Source of the DNA: Epiperipatus broadwayi
Lineage: Eukaryota > Animalia > Onychophora
Direction of reading: 5' to 3'
Length of the DNA: 64,000 nt
Assembly: GCA_028023455.1 (NCBI GenBank)
Contig: JAQFVV010000009.1
Location: 5,766,001 to 5,830,000 of the forward strand
Positions 1 to 11,829 of the stretch are shown piece after piece. Both the position numbers and the translations under genes were made by a program. A model generated the notes under the pieces. The model had not been told where the DNA came from and did not search any database. It saw nothing but the letters and a program-made list of their open reading frames with translations. Every line of letters starts with the position of its first letter. The first letter of the stretch is position 1.

Positions 1-899
1 AAATGTTTAGTCTATACTTAATGAAAAAAATGAAAAAACAGACAAAAGTTGAATCAATATTTCTTATGCTTGAATATAAAGTGAATTTTTATTATCATAT
101 GATAAGAAAGGAACAGTAAAATTGGAATGATAATCTAGAAAATCTTTTCAACTTTTTAACAGTAAATGACAATCATGGAGATAACACTCCATAATGCATA
201 AAGTTAAATGAGTTTATTGAGATGTATTTAGTATTAGAAGAGTAATGAAGCACAGGAAAGGGGATGAAATATGTTAAGAAATGTATTGATGGATTAGTTA
301 AAATGTATTTAAAAGTTTTGCAACATAGGAAAAGAAAAAATGCACATGTAACTTTAAATTAGAAAGGAAGGATGCATCCAATTTAAATTTTTGCCCAGTT
401 AGTATATGCTTGTTTATTTAATGTGTTGTATAAACATACGTATATTTTAGAAGACAGAAGATGGGAGAAGCAGCCAAAGTGGTGAAGAAGGAAGAATATC
501 TACAGGGTGACTATGGTAAAAATGGAAATAGAAGTTTGAAATGAGCTTTAAAATAATAATAATAAGAAGAAGAAGAGGAGGAGTCATTTCCATCACAAGG
601 TCATATCAATAAGGCACACTATCCACATTGAATTGTACATATCACATTTGACTTCATGCATTATTTGAAGAGTTCTGTTTAACATTTTTATAATTAAGAC
701 ACTAACTATCAATTGCTTTAAATTATAATTATAATAAAGAAAGCTTATGGTACCTCATATTTTTATTAGATTCAAAAGAATTTTGAAGAGCCATATGAAA
801 AAAACTATTAAATATTCCAAAATGGAGAGCATATAATAGAAATTAGCAATATGTTTGAGAGTCACATGCTAATTTGGTAATTGAAATTGAAATATATGT

Positions 900-1750
900 T
901 ATATCATAATTTAAAAGTATTATATAATTTCAGAATACAAGTTACTAACCAAATAGACTTTAAGGTTTGTAATTCTGAAGGAGTTAATTAAATTGGGTGA
1001 ATGCTAACTAATTGAGAGATGTCTTTCATGGAATTAGACTTGTAGATAATAATGGGGGGATAAAGCTTTGATTATAAGAAAATAAGTATTCTAGAGGAAT
1101 TATTGTTAACATAAGTATGAGAATAAATCTTAGAAAAAGTAGATTAAATTATTTAAGGGAAGGTAATGAGTAGATAATGAGTGTTAATTTCCATGTCTTA
1201 TTATTTTAGTTAGATTAAGTTTCCAATAGGAGATTGAGCAAGGTTTGTAATGGTAAATATGATTTTATTAAATGGTTGGATTCCAGTAAAAACTCTCTTG
1301 TGATTCACTTATTTAATTATCAATCTAATGGTTATATTAGATTTAGAATAGAATACTTATGATCCCCGAGATAGCCATAGGATAGCATCAATTATTTTAA
1401 GTAATGTAATTTTGTTAATGTTCTTATTTCAAGATTCTTAAATCATAGAAGAGTAGTTTAAATCATTATTTAAATAAAATATTGTTATTTATTATTTGTT
1501 GTGGGAATTTTCCTAATGATTATAACAGGATGGTAGTAGGAGAATTTTCACAATAGCAATGCCATTGAAGAGTGTATTTTATATACTTCCCAATGTTAAA
1601 ACCACTCTCTTGTAATCATCCTTAAAGTCTATCTTATGTTTTAATATTTAGCAAGATTTAAGCCCCATAAAGAGTCTTATACTTTATTGTTGTTATACTT
1701 GATGGTTTATTATTGACCTAGTATAGGAGGGATACAATAAAGAGAAGGTG
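900..1750 (-). pseudogene. Highly degraded non-LTR retrotransposon (APE endonuclease region) relic; boundaries approximate
   Basis: Minus-strand fragments loosely resembling APE motifs (ESNHLI near 1270 versus GSDHxPI; PVII near 1520), with many stops. Composition resembles the relic at 33150-34300. Confidence 0.3.
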
Positions 1751-1801
1751 TAGGATAAGGTAGAGAGGTGTGCTGGAAGAACAACTGGAAGGGAAGGTTA
1801 C

Positions 1802-1871
1802 AATATATATATATGTCAATAGATTGCACTAATGTTATAATATATATATATGTCAATAGATTGCACTAATG
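1802..1871. repeat. Tandem duplication of a 33-bp unit
   Basis: aatatatatatatgtcaatagattgcactaatg occurs at 1802-1834 and again at 1839-1871. Confidence 0.9.
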
Positions 1872-4447
1872 AGGTAATTGCAACAATATACTGTAAATTC
1901 ATGGCTACTTGTTTCAAGAAACTGAGTATTTTTTTAAAAAAATTGTAATTTCTGCATAAAACGTTTGGAAATTAAAGACCAAACATATCTGAAGATCATG
2001 TTGAAAAAATCTGCTAAGATCTTTTTACATAACTTTCAAAAAATGATTTAGTATTGCTTGTGCATAGTTTATTGCATAAAATGCTATACAAATGATGCAA
2101 TTTCTCTCTAAAAAGTGTAGATTTTGCAAGATGATTTAGTATTGTTTATGTAAAAAAAATTTCACAATATTATATAGAATATTATATAAAAGACATCACC
2201 TCTAAAAAAGTACAGATTTCAATTTTATTGTTGATATATTTGATTATCTGGATAGAAGTAATTGTGCTATTTGATCTATATTTATTTATCTATCTATCCA
2301 TCCATTTATTTTTTTATTCATTTTCTTTCTTTACATATATATTTATTTAAAGATGAAGAAGCAACTTTTCATGTGGTGAAAAAAGTGAATTGCCACATCT
2401 GAATCTTTAATATTAATTAAATGTTCTTCATGTAACAAAAGGTATGATCATTCAAATATAGTAACTAATTTCCCATCATTCAGTAATGATATTGTGTAAA
2501 ATGCATTAATATATATTGCACTGAATGCATCTGTACTCCTTAGCCTTCTTTCTTAAGGGAATATCTTCACATTTAATTTATTAGTTATGTTTTATCAAAA
2601 CTAGTTGGCATCTTAATGATACAGCTCATAAAATTGTAAAGCTTCTATTGTTTTATAATGTGTCTCTAAGCATTAAAACTTACTCTAAATGATGAAATTA
2701 ATGATGTTACTCTAATCATTAGTATATATTAAAGCTTAGGAGTTGATATTTTATTGCCAGAGCATCTTAATCTCTTGTTCATAAGCAGACTCTTACCAAT
2801 ATTGTATCTATTTTATCTATAATTATCTTAGATTATAAATAATAAGATGTACATTGCTTTGGACTTTTTTATCTGAAGAAAAACTATTATTAATACCTTG
2901 AAATTTTGTGTCATAAATGTTCTAATTATATATATATTAAAAGTTTTTCTCAGAAATATCTTTAAATTGACAAATACAATATAATAAAAATATAATAAAA
3001 ATACCAAGACTGTGAAAATAAATCAGTCTTTTAGATATCAGAATTAAGAGGGTAAATATAAGTAAGATACACTATTATACAAGTACATAAAATTTAGTTT
3101 AGAGTAATAGAAAAGAAATGGATCCCTATAATTTTATACTTTAATTAATGTGCTAGGATATCTTTTATATAAATAAAACAATAAAGAATTTATCAGAAAA
3201 ACATTTTGAGATTATCACTCAATAGATCTCAAGCAGGAATCCCAAAAATTTTTTCAAAGATGATCACATAATCTTTTCTAATGAATGATAGGCCAGAAAA
3301 AATAAATTCTCTAAGGGAACCCCCAAAAAGCAAAAAAGATTTTGAACTCAAAGTCCAAAAATGACTTAAATAATTCATACTTATTTACTAAATGTACATT
3401 TTTATTGAACAAATTTAGAAAATCTTTGTTTTTTAATATGAGCGCTATTATTTGGATTCACTAATTTTTTGTAACATCAGGTTTAATATGGGAAGTACCT
3501 ATACATAAAAAAGATGGTGGTATAAATGTTTAATCTGTCATAAATGATTGAATTTTTTTAATTTATTTTTGAAAAATTATTCACAAATATATTTTCAAAA
3601 AGAGATACTATTTATAAGTAATGAGTAGATGTTATAGAGCCAACTAAATCCACAACATTGGATTTATCACTGAGAATCATTGGTTTGCACATACATTTCC
3701 AGCAATGACTGCTACTTTTATTTACTATCCAGACTAATGACTTGAAAGTTTTAACTATAACATTTTATATGCAGTCCAGCTTGCTTAATAGCCTATATAA
3801 ATCTGACACTAAAAAGCAAAGATAAGTAATATCAATCATCTGTTAACTTTAAATATTTTTGATCAGGAAATTAACTTTAGTTCAACTTTTAAATCATTTG
3901 TTTAGCAAATATAAAAAATGGCCTTTTGAGTATGTTTTTTATTAAGGTAGCTTTTAAGTAAGTTGATAGAGTTGATTGTTGTACTTAATGCAAAAGTTAA
4001 CTATAAACAAGATGATTTTTATGATGCTTTTGTTTAATGATTCTCTCTGTTGGCTTTGACAATTGACTATAATTATGGCTGACACAAAAGATCTATTCTA
4101 AAAATTTTCAAGAGTAACTTTAGCATTTATTTTGCATAATTTTATATTAAATTTTTTTTATTGATGCTCTAAAAAACAGTGTGCCTAAAATTATATCCTT
4201 TAAGTCAAGAAAGCATATGATTGAGGATTAGTAGATAAATAGCTAAATATATAGAGATATATTTGTCAGTATTATGTATGCATTTAAACATTTGATGCAA
4301 ATTTTTAAACTTTATTCATTCATTATAAATATAAAACCATCGGCGAACAAAAAAAGTTCTAAATTTTGATGCCAATAATGAAATCTTTCATTAAATTTGT
4401 TACAAAGCAAATTATTTTTGCAACTTACTCTTATTAAAGAAGATTTA

Positions 4448-4827
4448 GGGTATTTTGACCTCAGACTTTCACATGACCCTCAACTCTCCACACTATCTCC
4501 TACCACTGATACACTTGACCACTATATGTTGAAAAGATAAATAATCACCAATATCTGTATTTTGTGCTAAACTAGCACTTATCAGTTGGTCCAGATTATC
4601 ATCTCTACACATATAATTACCAATATACATATTTCATGCTAAACCAGCACTCGTCAGTGGATCCAGATTATCATCTCTATATGCGGACCAAGTGACGACT
4701 GCTGGTTTAGCAGAAAATATATATATTGATTATTTATCTTTTAGACATATATGTGGTCAAGTGTATCAGTGATATGAGATAGTGTGAAGAGTTGAGGGTC
4801 GTGTGAAAGTCTGAGCTCAAAATACCC
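4448..4827. mobile_element. Foldback MITE with ~140-bp inverted arms, flanked by TA
   Basis: The left arm gggtattttgacctcagactttcaca... matches the reverse complement of the right arm ...tgtgaaagtctgagctcaaaataccc. TA lies at 4446-47 and 4828-29. There is an internal direct duplication (4566-4608 versus 4638-4679) and no ORF. Confidence 0.85.
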
Positions 4828-6535
4828 TATATATTATATTGTTTGTACAAGTATATATATATAGCCTGTATGTTAGATAATAAAGAAGATTTAATAGATG
4901 TGTTGACATTATATTGTTAATATATCAACTTTTGATCACTTCTGTACTTTTTCTGAATATAAACTGTCATAGCATTTCAGTCCACCATCATGTTTTATTT
5001 ATAATTTAACAAATGGCTAATTTAATGAATAAATGAATAAATAAAAAAATTAATAAAATATATGAGAGACTTCCTTCAAAAGTAAATGTTTTTATACATT
5101 TTATATTAAACATTTTTAAAATTAAAAGTACTTGTTTTAGAAATTTAATTTTTCTTATGATATATTAATTATTTTTTTAAAAATACTTCTTTAAATATAA
5201 TAAGATTTTATTTAAATATCGTATATTGTTTTGTTCACTTTAAAGAAAAATACAAACAAGAAACTAAATAACAATTTAACGAATTTTAATGTGATTTACA
5301 AGTTACAATTAAGTATACAAGTTTGTATTGGAACTTTGATCTATGAGGCATTTTGATTGTTCATGTGCCCCAGTTGGGACCATCTCAATGTTCATAAAGT
5401 TCTCTTTTTGTGGGTGATGTTTGCTTAATATTAAAGCACAAGGTTGTGCATATGCTATGATTTGTATCTTGTGGTTTTTTAGGGCTAGGATGTTGTTACG
5501 TGTGGTTGAGTTGTCGCTTATACTATTGCTGCAGTATTGGAATCTCGAAGAGTTTCCAAGTGTCATCAAAGGTGTTGTTGGAGGAAAGCATTGATCTCTT
5601 TTCTTTATTTTGGTAATGGTGTTGATGAAGGTGAGAGCCAGGTTTCGACTTGAATCCTCAATGGCTAATTGACAGCGGACCAGCTATTTGTCTGCTGATG
5701 TAAGACCAAAAATAAAATGCCATTGTTTAAATTTCAGTGAAAACAAAGTGAAGCTTATGACTAGATAGATTGAAGATTTTGTAATTAGATAAATATTCAT
5801 TTTCTAAAATCTTGTTGTTGTGATCAATACTTATTTGGAATTACTTGATCTATCAAAGGGTAAAATATTTTATGCAAAAATAAGGAATGATAGTTTGAAT
5901 ATAATTGAGAATATTCAAAGTAATTTATGGTATTTTTCAATTTTTTTTTATTTCATTTCTTTCTTTATAAGAAACAAGTATCAACAAGCAGAATAAAATC
6001 CTGTGGCTATAGTTTGGAGACCACTGATCTTGTTCTTCATGCAATTTATTAAATGATCATGTATTTCAAAGCAAAGTAACACAGTGATATTTGTAGCTTA
6101 TATTTTTTGATAATGGTAGCATTATTTCACTTCAAATATCTCTTGTCCTGAGTCATCCATATAAGCATAAGTAATTAATGGAATCCTGATAATATTACAA
6201 ATTGATCCCCAAACTAATTTCTGGTTAGTGGATGTTATAGTACAAACTATGATCCCAACTTATGAAGATCAGTAGTCAGTCAGTAGATTGAATATTGATT
6301 TGGCATTTTATACAGTTTTTATTGCTTACTCATATTTATATGATGGCTCAGAGTAGTCTGATTTGAGATAGATTATTGATATCCTAAATAAATTAGTTAG
6401 CTTTAAAAATCATTTCCTTAATCCAACAATTTTATTATCTAAATTATTTTTTTATAACTTATTTTAATAATGTTATATGATTTTTGCAATTTGAGATATT
6501 TTTCTTTTGTAGGTAAAAGTTTTTTTTTTTTGCAG

Positions 6536-7473
6536 GTAAAATGGAACAAGAACTTCCAGAAGTTCGTCGCAATCATCCTGAGGCAGCTGATGTAGATGTT
6601 TACCCCCTTCTGTTTTATACATTTCGTCATGTTGGTTATGTAACTTTGTTTGCTGAAGATGAACCAAGCCTTGGAATGTTTAATCTCAGATTGAACGGTT
6701 TTAAAAAAGCTCCGAGTGATCATTATATGCGACCATTTTGGCAAGCAGTATGGGATTCTTCATTAAATGAAATGAGTAAACGATTTTGTTTGGGTCCTCA
6801 AACTAAGCATAGTTTTATGCTTGAATACATAAAAGACTTTTTTAAAAATTATAAAATTGTTCCTAAATTTTCCTTTGTCTTTCATGGTGAATTAAGTCAT
6901 GGTGATGTGAACTTTGTAGAATATCTAGACTTGGACTTAGTTAAATTTTTAAAAATTTTTAAAAAAATGGGTTATTTGAATTCAACGGTGCTGGTATTAT
7001 TCAGTGATCATGGTTCTCGATTTTCTAAAGTTAGACATACTTTACAAGGTAAATTAGAAGAACGATTACCTTTCATGTCACTTGTTTTTCCTGATTGGTT
7101 TGAGAAAAGTTATCCAGATTGGAGTAAGAATTTAAAAAAAAATGTGAATCGTCTCACTACACCATTTGATGTTTATGAAACTCTAATTGATTTAATAGAA
7201 GGGAGGAAATCTCATAGTAAAAAAAATGCAAAAGGTATCAGCTTATTTCGTAATATTCCTAGTAATCGATCTTGTGCTATGGCAGGAATAGAAACACATT
7301 GGTGCACTTGTGTAACTTGGAAGCCTATCACGGTCAATAACGCATATGTTCGACAATGTGCCTTGGCTATAATAAGATATATTAATTATCTGACAATGAA
7401 ACATCGTAACATTTGTGCTGAGTTATCTCTAATGACTATTCATTCTGCATATTTAGTGATGCCAAATATAAAG
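6536..7473 (+). CDS. Internal coding exon of a DUF229-family protein (alkaline phosphatase/sulfatase-like fold)
   Basis: The ORF 6541-7524 has DUF229-type motifs (FAED, PSDHYMRPFW, ELSH, SDHGSRF, EERLPF, TTPFDVYETL, RSCAMAGIETHWCTC). Acceptor ttttgcAG at 6534-35; donor AAG|GTGAGT at 7474 (phase 0). Upstream exons were not identified in the window. Confidence 0.9.
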
Positions 7474-7793
7474 GTGAGTCTTAAATTTTTCAATGAACAT
7501 TTTTGTATTCATCTTGAAAAATAAGTGAAATGGGGAATTTATTGCAGTGAAAATACAGTAATAATTATTATATTTTCCCCATATGTTCTCCTTATTATTC
7601 AAAGCTTCTCAACTACTTATTAACATTTTCTTTGCATTCTGGTAATAATTGGGATTGAGCTTTATGGTGTTTTAGCTATTGAGATCCAAATCACATGACC
7701 AACATCATAGTAGAAGAGAAATTTTTGTTAATCAAATGATGTTTCAGTTAATAAAAGGCAAACTACAGGCAATTAAGATTAATAGTTTATAGA

Positions 7794-7893
7794 TTTTTTT
7801 TTCCATATGTCATAGCATCGGCCGGGAGGTGAACCCACAACCGTCTGCAACCAACTACTTGCTTGCAAGGCTGCTGCGATGACCTCTTGCCTG
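7794..7893 (-). mobile_element. Short tRNA-derived SINE (~100 bp) with A-tail
   Basis: The minus strand ends ...GGGTTCACCTCCCGGCCGATGC-TATGACATATGG-A9. The T-arm/acceptor end resembles the 3' end of tRNA-Gly (recalled as GGGTTCGATTCCCGGCCGATGC). A homolog lies at 18782-18872. Confidence 0.65.
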
Positions 7894-8150
7894 TTAGTAC
7901 AACTGTTTCTATGTATTGCTAAAAAATTATTAATAGTTCACCTCTGCTAAGAAATTCATCATAAAGAGATATAACTTTGATTAGTGTTTTCCTGAAGGTT
8001 TGTGATGATGGTGTTTTAGTTGTATTTTTATATTGGACTATTTCCATCATCTAATATGAGTATTGAATGTCTTGAGAAAAATTTAACTTTATTTAAATAT
8101 TCCAAATACATTTAACTGTTAGTAATAGCACATCAAACAGGTTAGTATAT

Positions 8151-8195
8151 GCACAATGTTTCGAGAGGTATTATTCTCCCGTTTCTTCAGGTGTT
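8151..8195 (-). ncRNA. Minimal type-I hammerhead ribozyme, core intact but stem III broken
   Basis: Minus strand: ACAC-CTGAAGA-AAC-GGGAG(aataatac)CTCTC-GAAA-CAT-T-GTGC. Stem III reads ACAT instead of the inferred palindrome ACGT. Confidence 0.65.
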
Positions 8196-8209
8196 GCTGG
8201 ATTGGCCAG

Positions 8210-8302
8210 TGTCAGTATTAGCACGGGATTTGAACCTGGACTTTTAGATTCTTGAGTATTGAAATTTTAAGGCAATGCTCTAACCAACTAAGCTATCCTG
8301 CC
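8210..8302 (-). promoter_or_regulatory. tRNA-like module (Pol III A box and B box) within the pLTR
   Basis: A-box-like TAGCTTAGTTGGTTAGAGC and B box GGTTCAAATCC (plus-strand 8226-8236). Not a canonical cloverleaf. Confidence 0.7.
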
Positions 8303-8453
8303 AAAGGCAACAGTGAGTAGAAATTTCATATACTTATCTATGAGATTCCTTCTGATTTATCCACTTCTTCCTAAGAACAAAGTTGATTAGTGGTTTCTAT
8401 ACCATCAAACATGAAACGATCACCATTCTTTATGCTTACATAAGCTGTGTATA

Positions 8454-8650
8454 CACAGGCAAAACTCTCCATGCAATAGCGCTACTCAGTGCAAGTCAGA
8501 GTAATTAATGGATGCAAGAAGGTTTATGCATAAAATCCATATCTAGTGTCTACTCTTCCAATAGCTTTCATCAGTGATAAGTCTTCCTGCATCCATTGAT
8601 TACTCTGGTTTGCACTGACTGGTGCTATTGTATGGAGAGTTTTGCCTGTG
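8454..8650. mobile_element. Foldback/MITE family copy 1 (arms begin CAGGCAAAACTCTCCAT)
   Basis: ~70-bp inverted arms. Homologs lie at 37483 and 51027. The true ends probably extend somewhat further out. Confidence 0.8.
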
Positions 8651-11600
8651 TGCAATACCAGTATTATGACTGAGATATCAACATTGGATGGATATTTAAA
8701 AATGTAAGACCATTTTAATTTGAAGAGCCTATTGTATGTTGATATTAGTATAGACCTCTTGTACATTGGTTTAATTAGAAAACTTTATTTCTACATATGA
8801 TAAATAATAATGACTGTATACAAAAAAGAAATTTTATTTAAAATGACATGATATATTTTAGTGGAGGTTAAATAAGTAAGAAGTTCATACTAATAAAATT
8901 TTAGCATGAATAAAATAAAATATTATATAAATCACTGATATATGCTATATGCCCCAATAGCATAAAAAACAATGACTGTTAATTGTTCATAAGTTCTTAA
9001 AACATTCTAGCATAAGAATTGAAAATGAGCTTTGATCCAGAAACTTTTAGCTTTCATATATGCTATTCTACCTTTGTTCTAAACTACCCAAGACAATTAA
9101 CTTGCCAAATTTATAAAAATACAAAGGAAAGAGAAATTTATCAAATTAAGAGTTTTTAATAAATGGCTCTTCTTTCAACCATATAATATCTAGAAGTTTT
9201 CTTTATGCTGTTTACTTTAAGCTTCAGTAATCAATGGATAGAAGATGGTATAGTGACATAAAATCCTCATCTCCAGTTCAGTTTTTGGTTTTTGCCTTCA
9301 TCAGTGAAGTTTAGGATTTAAATCTGAACTAATGCTTTTATGCATTTGGTAGCCAACTTTTCCATTCATGAAATTCCTGAAATTGAAAAACATGGTTTTG
9401 AAAACAGACTGACTCACTTGCATAGTTAAATAAATCTGACATATCAGTTTCTATATATTTCAGACACCACTGTTTTGACAACTGTAGATCCCTTCTATAC
9501 TTTGACTAGGAAAGTTAATATTAACACAATATCACATGAATTTCTCTTATTCTTTCAAGAGCAATTATCTTCATCCTTCTCAAATTATGTAATTGCTCTT
9601 GGAAGCTTATGAGAAAATTATGTCATTGTTGTTGGTATTAATATTACTAACCAAAGAGTAAAAAAGGTTTATAATTATCAAAAACTGAGTTCCAAAATAT
9701 ACAAAAGCTTTTCTGCTGTGAGATCTGGTTCAAAACTTTTTAATTTCAGGGTATTAGTTTGACTAATGTAAAGGAGTCTGCAAGTTGTATACATGTATTA
9801 ATTCAACCTTTAAATTTTACTCTTCACAGATAAACCAAAAGACAGAAAATGATTTGGAGATGGGTATTTTGTAGTACTATATTATCTGATGCTTAGTAAT
9901 TGCTTGAATTTCAGTAGTTGTTCTGAAACAGAATGAAGACAAGTAACTATTTTTGAAAGTATATGAGAAAATCATATGATATTGTTGCAAATTTTGTATT
10001 TAATTTGAAAGGCTATGGTGCATTTACTTTGCTCACTTTATTACCTTAATTTATTATGAGGGATTAGTAATTATACTGTATAATGTTATCACAACCACTG
10101 CATTATATTTATGTATATTGATTCAATATGTAAAAGTCTAATATATTTTATCATTCAAAAATGAAAATTTACTATGTTGAAGATAATTTCCAAGTATAAT
10201 TTTAATTTGCATTTGTATCATTTATTACATACCAGTATTGATAAGAGCTCTTTGGTATTTTATTAAACAAATCATTTTTAAATACTTTTATTTAAGTTAG
10301 AAACTGTTTGTTTGTTTAGGGAAAATTTTGAAATCTAAGTTTAATATATTTCTCTCAAATGTAATTCCTTTAAATTTTGTATGTGTTATAAATTGTTGGC
10401 AATGCAATATGTTAGTGAAATATTTCTGATTAATAATCTGGTTTCTTTACTATAGAGAAGTTGGCAGAGTGAATTTCAAATATACTGATATCAGTTCAGT
10501 AAGTTTTCAGTAATGCACACGAGAGTGATATTTATATATATTTAAAAAAAGCTTAAATTAAAAGGTATTAACAATCCATTTACAAGTGAAATAAAAACAA
10601 ATCTTGATTTCTCTTGATTGTAAGTTTCCTTTTTAAAAATATTATGTGATATTTTATTTTCGCTTGATTGTAAAATGTTGATTTATTTAAAATCTTTTTT
10701 ATTGTAAACAATCATTAATGTGCATGATTTTCCTTTATATGTTATAGTTTATAATCTCCATATCTAAATACTAAAAAGTTAAAAATAATGTACATAAAAA
10801 ATATTTTATAATAACTGCTTTTATTTACCATGGATTAAAAAGTAAAAAAATAATGTTTCTTTAACCACAATTGGAGTTTTCTTATTTAACTTGAAATAAA
10901 AGTGTAATGTATATCACTACTTTTTATAACAAAGTATTGAATTATTTAATTTCTGGACACCTCACCCTTTTTTACTAGTTAAATATAAAATTTCCAATTG
11001 TTGTTAACAAAAAATTATTTTTTGACTTTTTAGTTCACAGTAAATAAAAGCATTTACTATAAAATATTATGTATATATTATTTAAAAATTATTGTTATCA
11101 TTTTTTTCACATGTCAATGAATAAGTTTTCAATTGATAGTCTTACTCAATTTTGATTTGAACTTAAGATGAGGTAGAAGTTGAATATTGACCAATGACTT
11201 GCTTTAGTCTCCAGATATATATGTAGTCAGCATGTTATAAACTGCATGTTTCTTCAGGTTCATTGGTGAAATATTCTGACCACTTGTACTCAGTTTATTT
11301 TATTACTAGAGTATTTGCAGGTTATTACTAACTAAGGAAAGAAGAATAAAATTAAGTGTTAAATATGATATTGTTTGTATAGGTAAAAATATAGAAAAGA
11401 ATGAAAATTTTATTACAGTATTGATACTATAATTCTACTGAAAGTTGATTGTGAAAAATAAAAATACATGATGAATTTCAATTAAAGATTTGTTGCTTAT
11501 ATCATCTTTACTTCACATGAATATATTTATTTATTGTGGGTTTTTAAATAGTAAAAAAAAATGCTCATACATACAAATGACATTATGTAAAAGCTTGAAT

Positions 11601-11829
11601 TTTTTTAAAGTTATTTATCTACCTTTTCTATTTCTGAATTATCATAAGAACAAACAATCACAAGTATTATAACTTTTATTAATTACAACAGTAATTGATG
11701 GAAAGTTATAGAATTTTGAATTGGAATAAAAATAATATAATTTCTACTTTTATGTTGACATGCTGGTAAATTAATTCCAATAAATAGCTAGCTCCAATTT
11801 CAGCTTAACATGTACTTATATATATATTG

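Larger units (their letters stand above)
7981..8356 (-). mobile_element. Solo Penelope-like element terminal repeat (pLTR) fragment
   Basis: Homologous to the PLE terminal repeats at 17249-17620, 19496-19712 and 22277-22497, and to the fragments at 51677 and 56832. Confidence 0.8.

Noticed and set aside
1987-2015. Other CTGAAGA/CTGATGA words (near 1990, 8566, 14963, 35047, 44656, 45527)
   Set aside because: None has a paired stem II followed by GAAA, a U-H site and a closing stem I.
6439-6744. Minus-strand ORFs 6439-6744 and 6473-6667
   Set aside because: They are antisense shadows of the DUF229 exon with no recognisable motifs.
7474-7524. Last 16 codons of ORF 6541-7524
   Set aside because: Read-through past a strong GTGAGT donor. 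The family C-terminus is encoded at 35518-35805.
7794-7893. SINE considered as an HDV-like ribozyme (GTCATCGC can pair with GCTATGAC; CYGATG tail)
   Set aside because: I could not build P1, P1.1 and P3 consistently in both copies. The hairpin is better explained as a tRNA T-arm and acceptor end.
9000-10100. Possible RTE relic on the minus strand (and a similar one at ~43300-44000)
   Set aside because: Only vague motif echoes, not enough to set boundaries or a family.
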